Shown here: positions 11,901-22,603 of the stretch, one piece after another
How the letters are laid out: every line of letters starts with the position of its first letter
Numbering within the stretch: position 1 is the first letter of the stretch
Source: Stylophora pistillata
Taxonomy: Eukaryota
Length of the DNA: 64,000 nt
Reading direction: 5' to 3'
NCBI RefSeq assembly: GCF_002571385.2
Contig: NW_019217784.1
Location: 2,881,780 to 2,945,779 of the forward strand
Made by a program: the position numbers and the translations under genes
The notes under the pieces: model-generated
Seen by the model: the letters and a program-made list of their open reading frames with translations, nothing else
Databases searched by the model: none
What the model was told of the DNA's origin: nothing

Positions 11901-14900
11901 ATAATTTATTGTAGAGGTGAAAATCGTCAACTCTCACTGTACTTTTAACCCTTTCACTCCCATGAGTGACCAAGACAGAATTTCTCCTTACAATATCAAT
12001 ACAATATCAAGCAGACAAGTGATGAGAATATAGAAGAATATCAGTTGAGGAAGGATTATTAGTTGATCCAATACCAAATTCACATAACTAACATCATGAG
12101 AATTGTGTGGTAGATTACAGGAAGAATTTCTTGGGAGTTAAAGGGTTTTAAAATAGAATTATGAGAGATTTTCCGGGCCAAAAATCTTTAGAATTTTTTA
12201 TTGCCTCTTTCCTTTTGCTCTTTGTTGGTGCTTGTTTAAACTTGCCTTTTTTTCAATCAAATTGAATAATTACTTAAAAAAACCATTGGAAACAAGGAAA
12301 AAAAAGTAGCAGGGAGGGATTGAAGATTAAAGAGAAATAAACAAATAAAACGTTAAGTTGATTTGATAGGAATTAACAGAGGTTTTGTTTTGATATATAT
12401 ATTTCACTGTCATGATTGTTTTAGATGACTGGGCATTTTTTGGAACATCATTATTTTTAGATACATTACTGTCAGTTAAAAGTGAAAATAATGTCAAACC
12501 TGAAAAGCACGTTAACTAACTGTATTTAAGATTTTATGGTTTAATCTATTTTTTCTCATTTCATTTCTTTCTATTTCACTTGCACATTGATACATTAATT
12601 CATTTGTCCTGTTTTTTATTACTTTAATCATTTCTTCATGTTTTCAGTCATTCGTTATTCTCTCAATGCTCTGTTGCTCTGAAATCCACGTAGAAGTTCT
12701 AACGAGGCTTTAGATTAATTTTCAATTTTTTACTTACCATTTATAGAGTCATGTTCACTACCTTTGTTCAAAGTTGTCACCTGTAAGCATCTTCATATTG
12801 TGAAGAATTAAGAACTACTTTAATTTTTTAAGTCTACCATTTGCTAGAATTCGTAGTGTGTGTGGTAACACAGTTTCAATTCATGTGAATATTAGACACA
12901 AATTGATTTATGAAGTAGATTTTAAGGCATGACCAGTGCTTTTGAGCATTTTTGTTCTGAATCTTTTGGTGTTTATAAGAACAAATAAATTATGCAAAAG
13001 GTGGGTGGGTGGGTGCCATTGGAATGCCAAAAACTGTAACTTAAACAATCCTGATTTATTTGTGTTCAGCTGATGTTGGAGATACTGGTGCTGAGTTTGA
13101 CAGAGGGTTTCTACAAGAGCTGAGAGATCTGAAGGTGTTTGTGAATGACAGAGAGATTGTGGACGAGCACAAAAGGTTTGTTCAACAACTTCAAACAAAT
13201 TTGCAGTTGCTTTTCTTTTAAGAAAGTTGTTTTACTGAAGCCTCACAAGGTGATGGTTTACAAGCTGGACCTCAAAACAATTCTAATGGCCAGAAGAACT
13301 TTACTGTTTTGAAATTGTAACAACAGGATCAGACAGAAAACTGCAAGGGCAAAGGTGCCTCAGTTCATAATTTTTTTTTTATATATATATATTTAAATAA
13401 TTTCAAACATTTCAAGAACATGGCTATAATTAGGAAATGTTTTTTTTTTTGTTTCAGCTTGGTTTGCAATGATATAGCTAAGCGGTTCACTAAAAAGTTG
13501 GCCAAATCTGTGGAGAGCAACTTCAAGGTATTCTATTCAATTTCTTTCTGGCCTCCTTACCTAACATCCAACAAAGTTTGCATCTTTTTTTTTCTTTTTA
13601 AGTAAAACAAAATCTTTCTTTACATCAGAGTACCATGAATCACAATAGGGACCTTAAGCAACCACGACGGCGACGGCAACGAGGACGTGGAAAAACAAGA
13701 GATCTAATTGGCAGTACAATAGCTCAGCNAATCAAAACTGAATTTTTTGATGCCAGTCACACAACGTGTTCCGATCCATCAAGCTCTGATCCATTACCCG
13801 AAAAATAGACGAGGTCAGAACTCTTCTTCGGCAGTGTAACCGGGTTTATTGAAAATAAACGTTTAAGGTGAAACGAGAAAGCGTATTCACCGGAGCACCT
13901 ACAAAATTACAGTTTTCTATTTTTTGACAGCATGCCTCCACAATGCTTAACGAACAATACGTGAAAACGTGTAACGCAACGAGTTACACGCGACTGAACA
14001 CGCGTACCCTTTCAATGTAAGGTAATGACTAAGTGAGCATAGAGTATTAAAGTGAGCATAGAGCAGATAAGTGAGCAAGAAGCTAGAGTCGCTCTTGGCT
14101 ATCGCCTTGAGCGACTCTTACGCTTCTTTCGTGCTTAGCAACCTCCCGCGTGCAACCATAACTCAATAGTGTACGCTGTGGTGTTAAATAGAGCCCGCAT
14201 GTAACCAGTTATATCATAAAAGGAATAGACCGCATCTTTTGCGGGCTCTATAACTTGATAAAGCCACTTGGGATGTTGGGAGAACACTCGGAAAGCCGAT
14301 CAATTACTCCCCTTCGGCTCGGGATTTTTAAGCTTTCCTCGTGGAACATCCTGCGTGGCTTTACCACATTAGAGAGCCCGCGAAAATGTCCTCTATCACT
14401 TTCTCTATAGAGTCTTTGTCGAGGTCTCCTAAATATTGCCGCCGGTCTCATACACAGTAAAGAAGTCAAGGATGTTTTAAGTGACTTTGTAGAAAAGGTA
14501 ATTGGAAGTAAGCTGTGTTGTTTTTTCATGGATGACTCTTTGTGGAATGTCTTCCAGGTTGAAATTAAAGTCTGGAGGTATTTTTTTCTTTTTTGTCCTT
14601 TTTAGTTGATTTTGTTTCGTTTCGTTACCTTTCGTTTAATTTTTTTATGTGTTGTTTTTACTTTTTTGAGGGTGTGCGCGTACGTGCGCGTGTACATGCG
14701 TGCGTGCGTGTGTATATGCGTGCGTGCGTGTGTGTGTGTGTGTGTGTGTGTGGAGGGAAGAAACCAGAGAAGCCTTGAAAAAAAAAAATCCAAGCACGGA
14801 CAAACAACCAACAAGAAACTAAATCTACTGGTGACGTCAGGTCTTAGAATCGAATCCAGGCCAGAGCGAGCAGATGTGATGGCTCTCACCCCGGCACCAT

Positions 14901-15946
14901 GTCTCTGCAGCCCAGATTAGTCTTCCTTACGTTTTTTTTTTTTCTGTTGTTGTTTTTTTTTTTTGTAGTTTATCGAATCGTGCAAGCAGCAAGAGTGGGT
15001 TGCGAATGAGACGGACATTTTTCTCGGTTCTTTGGTGGATACCTGCGGCAGATTGGAATCTTTGCACAGGTATATGCACTAGACATGTATACGGACGCTG
15101 AATGATAAAACCAATAGAATCACTTTCTACGGCACAGAGAATCTCTTGTAAATATCCAATGAACGCGATGAATGCAGGTGCAAATCGAAAGGGCGTCTAC
15201 TAGAGAGCGTCTGTGACAGGTGGAAAAGAGAGATTGACCATATTTGGACTTAATTTCAATTTAATGAGTGTTAGATAAAAGCAAGACGCCACCTCAGAAA
15301 TGAGATCAAGGAAAGTTGCTTTGAAATATTCTGGGTAAAATTGCAGATCTTCATACAGAAGTTTACGCTCGGAGAACTGTTTCGTGTCGAAAGCGATACT
15401 GTGGCTCTGAAAGAGAAAGTTATCATTCGACGAAAAAAAACTTTGATCCACACTCACATGCGTCCATTTTTGTGTGTGTGTTTCGCGCGTGCAAAACGTA
15501 GAATTGCACGCATGTCAAGTGCGTGTAATGCTGCGGTACACGAGAGCGACACAGCAAAAGATAGCTGGGGTAAACAAACGCGAAAAGGGAAAAAAAAACA
15601 AAAAGAGAACAAGAATAATTTAGGGTGGGGAGGGTATTTAACATGGATTTATACCGATAAGATTGATAAATTAGAGATAGATTTTGTGTAGACACACAGC
15701 ATGAGGTAGCTCTGTTGGCAGCGCTCATTTTCAAGTTTCTTTCGCCGTAAGATTGATAAATTAGAACTAGATTTTGTATAGACACACAGCATGAGGTAGC
15801 TCTGTTGGCAGCACTCATTTTCAAGTTTCTTTGACCGTAATCTTGGCTCTTTACTTTACAGAATTAGTCTGGAACGCTTGATCCCAGTGTATTCACGTTA
15901 CATGACCGTCTGCCAAAAGTGCATCGTGAGAATGTACCATGACTGA
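8911..15946 (+). CDS. FIBP: Acidic fibroblast growth factor intracellular-binding protein; exons 8911-8992, 9606-9804, 10023-10149, 10286-10389, 11309-11365, 11754-11842, 13070-13175, 13458-13527, 14411-14497, 14969-15069, 15862-15946
   Basis: GT-AG, phase-consistent exons translate to [27 protein letters not shown]...[21 protein letters not shown]...KSCRRQFDN...[20 protein letters not shown]...RMYHD*, colinear with vertebrate FIBP as I recall it (ends RLYHD). Confidence 0.95.
14670..14752. repeat. (TG)n/(TGCG)n microsatellite in a FIBP intron
   Basis: Alternating purine-pyrimidine tract. Confidence 0.95.
15655..15840. repeat. About 92-bp tandem duplication just before the last FIBP acceptor
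   Basis: taagattgataaattaga...agacacacagcatgaggtagctctgttggcagc...ttcaagtttctt occurs twice. Confidence 0.9.
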
Positions 15947-16534
15947 ATGAAAAATTTAATGTCTCAGAATGTTGCAAGGTAGAAGACGTGCAGCTCCTTC
16001 CTTCAGCTCAAGGGAACCCGATATGCAAACATCTAAAAACGAGAAATGAGTTTCCCATGAAAAGAAGCACAACAGCTGCTCTGAAAAGGGAGATATGTTT
16101 TGGTGGATAAAAGTCGATTCTCTGTCGCAAATTCAGCTATTGCCGCCGACGAGAACACTTTGGGATTTTGCCCGAAAGAGGCAGCTATGAAGAGATCAGC
16201 GTAGCATCTGATTGACTGGTTCTTTAAAATTCCTGAGTAAGTCGCAGCCAATCAGAGAACTGCCTAGAAAGAAGGTGCGGTGCCGAGTTCGAATTCGAGG
16301 GTTCAGTTTTTATTTACGATTACCAGCCGCTGATCGATGAATGAGCCGACGGTCCTCCCTTGAAGAGGAGAGATTCTTTCGAGAGGATTGAAGAACGGCG
16401 GAGATAGAGCTTAATCAATTTTTTGTATTAAAGTTTCTGGAAAAATCATAATTTTGACAACAAACAACATTGAGTTAACTTTAGACCAACCCATGAACAT
16501 TTGACGATTAAAATTAAGGTAGTATTGACTATTG

Positions 16535-17383
16535 CAGGGCTCGACACTAACTTTTCAACTTACTATTCAAGTGGCTAGTGACATCTTAGATGTTTTTACA
16601 TGGTACGACAATTTCAGTTTGTTTACTTGCAGTTTGTTTATCATTGGGCTTGCTATAGAAAGCTAAGAAATAGGGTTAATTGCGAAGTCAAGGCAGCAAA
16701 ATCCAGGTATTATTGTGACTTGATTCTACTGAGAGGCAAAGGGGGATTCAGGGAAGATCTGGAAGGCGGTGAATGAGGTGTCTTCTCGCGAGACTAAATC
16801 CTCGAGCCCACAATGTATCGTAGCTGATGGTGTTGAACACACCACTCCAGCCTCTATTGCATCCGTGCTCAAATATTATTTCGCTTTCATTAGCAGAAGT
16901 CTTGCAATTAAAATATCAGATGCTGTTATGTTCCCAGTCAGATCGGCCACGAAATTACAGTATTTCTCGCTTTACGAAGTTGACGAGGAAACAGTACTCA
17001 AGCATCTGCTTTGTCTGAAGACAAATAAAGCTATTGGCTGGGACAGCATCAGTGCGAGACTCTTAAAGTGTGGCGCGCGTGTTATTTGTCCCTCGATCAC
17101 CAAGTTACTGAATCTCTCTATTCGCACTGGCAATTTTCCTGAAATATTGAAATGCTCGAAAGTGGCTGCACTGGAGATAGGACAGATGCGTGAAATTATC
17201 GCCCAATTTCTATTCTGCCAACGATGAGTAAAATACTGGAAATAGTCGTCCACTTCCAATGCTATGACTTTCTAAATTCAAATAACCTCATTTCAAAGTC
17301 ACTAGTGGAAATTGAAAACCACTAGCCAAAACTGAATTTCTACTAGTCTGTGGCTACTGGGCTACCGTTAGTGTCGAGCCCTG
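16535..17383. mobile_element. hAT-like MITE with CAGGGCTCGACACTAAC termini, interrupted by the LINE fragment
   Basis: TIRs cagggctcgacactaac / gttagtgtcgagccctg; related short copies at 54279-54464 and about 52178-52346. Confidence 0.75.
16640..17300 (+). mobile_element. Degraded CR1/L2-type LINE ORF2 fragment lying inside a hAT-like MITE
   Basis: LKTNKAIGWDSISARLLK...SITKLLNLSIRTGNFP, then frameshifted NYRPISILPTMSKILE. Confidence 0.85.
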
Positions 17384-17452
17384 GTATTGTAAAAAGTTTC
17401 AAATTAGAGTCAATCAGAGGCACAAAACCTTACTATGCCACATTGTATATAC

Positions 17453-17605
17453 CGGTGGCGGATCTAGGGAAGGGATACGGGGGGGCCCGCCCCCCTCCCT
17501 TATTTTGGGTAAAAAAATTAAACGCAGAGGGAAGAAAAGCCGGCAGGAAAACACACTCAAACAAAAACGTCTCCCTTCTTAGCTCAAGGTCTAGATCCGC
17601 TACTG
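17453..17605. mobile_element. hAT-like MITE with 5-bp TSD (tatac)
   Basis: tatac-cggtggcggatctag ... ctagatccgctactg-tatac. Confidence 0.7.
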
Positions 17606-18356
17606 TATACCTCGGACTCAAACTTATATTTTAACACCTCTGGTCTGTGTTCGAGAAAACTATCAACTGCAGCAATTCTCCATTAAACCGGACAGCGCAT
17701 CTAGGATATTAGACATTTAATTTTATCTTTGGGAACTGGGAACCCCATCGAATACTAAGCTGAAAGATTTTAGACTGCGCCTGAGAAATAAAAGTAAGTC
17801 ACAAATCGATTACACACTCGAAACTGTAAAGATTGCAAAGGTGTTTGCCTGTGCCAACGAACAACACAAAGGGCATTTAGGGGTATGGGCATGGCGAGGT
17901 GAAAGATAAACCCCTTTCCCCACAACGTTTCAAAACGCCCCACAGTAGTGCACATGGCAGTACAATTTGGCAATTTGCACGCAAGCAAAACTTTGTATGT
18001 GGCGCATGATCTAGATTGCGCTAAAAAAAAAAAAGAGGATAAAGCCTGCCTTTGTTCAGCGTAAAATAAGTGAGACTCCCAACTTGAAAAACTTGCCAAA
18101 CTTTTGTAAATTCCCAAATTTTCGGCAAAAGGATTCGATGTACTGCTTCGAAAACTTCTAAATTTGGCAAGGCAAACATTCATGTTTTTTTAACCGGCAA
18201 GTTTCACAAATTAGGAGTCGCACTGAAAAAAATTATTCTCCCATGTCCAATTTCCCATTCCTCAATATCCACTCCCGCTTTAAAAGTCACGTCCTAAATT
18301 TTATTTCTATTCCCCTATTCTTGTAATTCCGAAGAGTCTGATAATGCAAACGGCGA

Positions 18357-18396
18357 GTAATTTCCCCGAAACTGGGGATTCCCCGAATCGAAATTG
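18357..18396. promoter_or_regulatory. NF-kB (p50-type) site GGGGATTCCCC with an adjacent kB-like half site and IRF-like AANNGAAA motif upstream of the protease
   Basis: GGGGATTCCCC at 18374-18384, GTAATTTCCCC at 18357-18367 and GAATCGAAAT at 18385-18394, about 135 bp 5' of the ATG. Motif match only. Confidence 0.5.
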
Positions 18397-18519
18397 GAAC
18401 AATGGATCATTGATCAACGTATGTCGCGTGACTAACCGTGGGTCATTCGCTCACGGCACGGCAAAACTAAGAAGTAGCAGCGACGATACCAACATTTCAA
18501 GTTCGTTTCAGTTAATGCG

Positions 18520-20415
18520 ATGAGTCTTGGAAACGCCGCAGCATCAAACCAAGGTAAGAAAAGCATTAAAATCATTGTGAATTATCATTCCTCGGAATTT
18601 CAATTTGCGATCGAAATGTTTTACTCTGAGTTGTGCCACTCTGTCTTAAGCGTCAAGAGATACCAAAGGGCTCATTTGATAAAGCTTTTGCTTATTCATA
18701 TCGCAAGCGCCTAAAATCCACTATTTCTATGCTGAGTGAATCGTTTTTGACTGCTTCGGAGTAAATCTTGAGAGCATGGGAATTTATCGAAGATTAAATA
18801 TTCATGATGTTGCAAAAGAAAAGAATCGAAAGTTCAGTGTTTACCGATGGCTGGCGGCTTTCGGTCTGTCCATTTCCGGTCCATGTCTAAGAACGAGACT
18901 TTTGCCTATCAGAATCGTACTTTTGGTGCTTCGGTTTAGCTGACATAGACTGAAACTAGGAATTCAATCGAAAGAAGGAATCAAGGCGGAACTTGGGATT
19001 TCAATCGCGTGATCTTCTTTCATAGGATTAAAATTCTTTTCTTGTTGCGATCCTTTGTCACGCGATCCTGCAGTCGTTACGCCGTCATGACTTTTACCAT
19101 CTATTTTCCCATTTCAAGTAATTTGAGGTGAAAAATTCTCCACTTTAATTTCCAGGGGCAAATGATGGCGAGGATGAGGTCGATGCCATCTTAAGGTAGG
19201 TTTGTCCTTATCGTCTGTGATTTATCATTTTTCAGCGCGAAAAGCGGAGTTAGATTGCGTATCAGTCCTCGCCAATTTTAGTCATAAGTGAGCTAAGCGG
19301 GAAGCACGCAAAGGCATGGGGTTTAAGGGAGAAAACAGTTCATAGGTTAATTGTGGGAAGAAGATTTTCCAAAATACTCCTTTCTCACATAGCCAATTGT
19401 CTACTGCGATTTGTACCGCAATAGACCATTTTTTATAAGAGCGAGTTCTACTCACCCTGTCTGGAGCAGATATTTTGAGTTTTTCGTCTTTACTTTTAGG
19501 CACAGCGAAAAACGCTTTCATGAGGCACACTTGGGGATCCTCGATGCTCTGCGGGAATTGGTCAACCCAACGCGCAGAGCAGTAGAGGAGGAAGCCCTGT
19601 TCAATGGAGAGCTACAGAGCAGCCGCTTTCTCTACGAAGGGAATAAAGCTTGCAAGTTTGTGGGAAAGATATTCCTGCAGAACGGAAATCAAGGAACGGG
19701 TACATTGTTGTCCGAAAGGGTCCTGCTGACAGCTGCACACATTTTCAACAATTGTAAAGAGGGCGAGGTGTCGTTTGAACGAGTCGATCCTGACCGAAGC
19801 TTCTATCAGATGTCAGAGGTGAAATTTGCTCTGGAACCGGACACTTTTTTCCTGAAACATCCAGATAAAGGTCTCGACATTGCATTGATTGCCGTGTCCG
19901 AGAGATCGCTTGACGGTGAAACACCCATCCGTGAAATGGGTTTCTGCAAGAAGGTGTTGCCGTCGATAGCACCAGGCACGCACGTGAATATCATTCAGTA
20001 TCCCGAAAATGGCAACCAAATGGTGGTGCTGCGACAGAACCACGTCCTGCACTATGATGAAAGTTTCCTGAAGCTCTTTTCCAAGGACTTCGTCGAACAC
20101 CACCGCTACGAGACACGGCGATGTGCAGTGAAAAAGAACTCGTGGAAGTTGCCATTTAAAAGGGCTCGAGAAAATGTGGCTTCGTCGGATACCAGTTCGC
20201 CATTTCTGCATTACAGAGCAGACACCAAGCACGGTTCCTCGGGCGCGCCATGTTTTGACGACCAATGGAATCTTATTGGTTTCCATCACTGCGCACTCTT
20301 AGTGGAGCACAAGAAGAAACCAAATATGTTTACTTATGAGGCTAACGAAGGTGTTAGAATTAATGTTGTATTTGAATGGGCTGAAAAGGTTGAACTTGAT
20401 GGCTTCGACTTGTAA
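18520..20415 (+). CDS. Trypsin-like (Trypsin_2 / V8-like) serine protease resembling bacterial effector-associated proteases; exons 18520-18553, 19156-19195, 19500-20415
   Basis: Triad motifs LTAAH, GLDIAL and DTKHGSSGAP, plus GTGTLL, VNIIQYP, FDDQWNLIGFHH and NEGVRI. Two small 5' exons splice in phase (MSLGNAAASNQ-G-ANDGEDEVDAIL-R-HSEKR). Confidence 0.85.
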
Positions 20416-20675
20416 ACCCGTCACCGTGAAGGATATGGGAACTATTTGGAGGAAAATAAATTAACTTAATTGGACAACAGGTCTCAAAATTCTAAATTTA
20501 GAATTGTGGTGATGTCAATTGAAAATTATCCCTAATCATAGAAAACAAAATAACCACGCTTTTATCTTTAAAGATGACGTAAGAAATAACCTGACGTCAT
20601 TCCAATAGAAATTTATAGTTTACTTATTAAAAATAGATAGACTATACACTTCTAAGCTTTATATATATATATATA

Positions 20676-20984
20676 TCTTATTAACCAAGCGCGAGGGCCG
20701 TACTGGGAGAATATCGGCCCGAGGTCTTGACAGTACGGACCGAGCGCAGCGAGGTCCGTACAAAAAAGACCGAGTGCCGATATTCTTCCAGTACGGTCCC
20801 GAGCAAGCTTGGTTAATAAGAGATTTATTATACGACTGAAGTTCAAAGGGACACAAGTGCGGTATCATCCGGGACCATTAGGGACAGTGCCCGGTCCAAT
20901 ACTGAGAGACTATTGACCGGCAATAGAGCATTTTGATTGGTTGATTTTAGTTATTGGCCCTGTGACTGCCCGAGTCGTGTATTA
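20676..20984. repeat. Twin-hairpin interspersed repeat (family B); fragment also at 51419-51465
   Basis: Dyad tcttattaaccaagc...gcttggttaataa, spacer gagatt, dyad tattatacgact...agtcgtgtatta. Confidence 0.75.
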
Positions 20985-21508
20985 AAATTGAGTAACTCAA
21001 ATCACTCGCCCTGCATTCCGTTGTTACCAACTTCAGGCTATCATACAACTCTGCTGCAGCTAAGCCAGAGTGAGTCTGAAATATCCATTGGTCACGGAAA
21101 TTTTGGTGAGTAGCTAACTTTTTTACGCATTCTTGAATTCTGAAAGCTTTTCGAAAGCATTTCTGAACTTAATGAATCTAATTAAAGGATCATGATAAAT
21201 GATTTAGTAAGTTTGTACCATGATTCTCAGTTTAGATAAAGCTTTGCAGTTGAACTGCAGAAAAGAAACCCAATCAAAACAATTCTGGCTTCGACGAGAT
21301 TCGAATCCGTGCCTCACAGATACTTGTTGGAAAGTTTTGTGGGGTTCTTCATTCCCGTGGGAGAATCTCCTCGGTTTGTTGCCCGCGATTTAGACTGAAG
21401 GGTGTCGAAAAAACCTTTTTTTACTGTGTACAAATAGAAAGTGTTAAAAGCTACTTCACCTTGTTAATTTCGCTTATTTGCAAATCTTATACAATTAATT
21501 TAACAAAG

Positions 21509-21830
21509 TATTATATGGCTGCGTCTCACAAGAACTGGGAACTTCCGAATTCACGAATTTGATTGGCTGAAATCAATACTGAAAGCGGTCTAGATTTTCC
21601 CATCTAGACCGGCATCAAGACCGGTCTAGAAAAAACCGTACAAATAATAAGAAAAGTTGGCATATAAGACACAGCCATATAATAAACATCTTATTAACCG
21701 AGCTAGGTTTGCATGAGACAATCTTGACCTCGGTCGCTTAGACAGACCTCACTGCGTTTGGTCAATACTGGCGACCTCAGTCAAGATTCTCCCATACAGA
21801 CCTCCCTTTCGGTTAATAAGAACTAATTAT
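21509..21830. repeat. Twin-hairpin interspersed repeat (family A), copy 1
   Basis: Closely similar to 42600-42928; dyads tattatatggctg...cagccatataata and ttattaaccga...tcggttaataa separated by aacatc. Confidence 0.85.
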
Positions 21831-21896
21831 TTGCCAATTATACACGAAATAAATCATATTATGACCAGAGAATGAGTCACGAATTGATTGATCCTT

Positions 21897-21979
21897 AAAG
21901 GCTTTATAAAATGACAGACGTTGAAGGCTTTATAAAATGACAGACGTTAAAGGCTTTATCAAATGACAGACGTTGAAGA
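21897..21979. repeat. 25-26-bp tandem repeat, about 3.3 copies
   Basis: aaggctttataaaatgacagacgtt repeated. Confidence 0.9.
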
Positions 21980-22603
21980 GGATTTAGACTTAAGAACTGT
22001 GTTGTTCATGTAACCATGTGTATTACATTTCCACGATGTGTCAGAAAAAGCAAAGGGGAACATTTTGCTTACTTGTTCTGTCGTCCTTGAAGAGAAAATA
22101 ACGTACTGCCAACACTGACAATAATAACACTTGACGATGACTGACGCGTGAGACAAACAATTATAAATACAACTTTATCTTTTCTATGAAACCACCAAAA
22201 AAAACAAAAATTGCCGTATCTTTCATAACAAGTTTAATTGCCTGTGTGCATTAGAAGCCCGATGATTCCACCGCCGTCTAATGGACGACCTTTTTACTTT
22301 GGCTACGTGCCAAACTCATCCGTGTCAAAACCCAACAACAATCACAACTTGGTCGCACGCGTTTTACTTTCCCGCGCTTTGAACTGGTCACGTGAAGCTT
22401 TAAAGACTTCTGATTTGACAGTTTTTCTCCCTAAACGTTTGAATTGTGGCTTCGGAGAGATTTAGGAAAAGAAATAGTTCCAATCAACTTCACGGAAAAG
22501 AAGCGCGACCATGCATAAATACCCATCGTAAATATTTAGTCCGAGTTATATTTACATGAACATTGTTATCTTGAGGTATTTCTCAAGGACAAGAATAGCG
22601 GTG

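Noticed and set aside
13730-14060. Possible solo LTR after the single N in a FIBP intron
   Set aside because: A TG start and reverse AATAAA are suggestive, but no second end, TSD or primer-binding site could be established.
19411-20415. Bacterial contaminant contig, or a 334-aa protein starting at 19411
   Set aside because: 19411-19499 is intron ending in a polypyrimidine tract and AG; two in-phase upstream exons exist and there is no gap between the gene and the host flanks.
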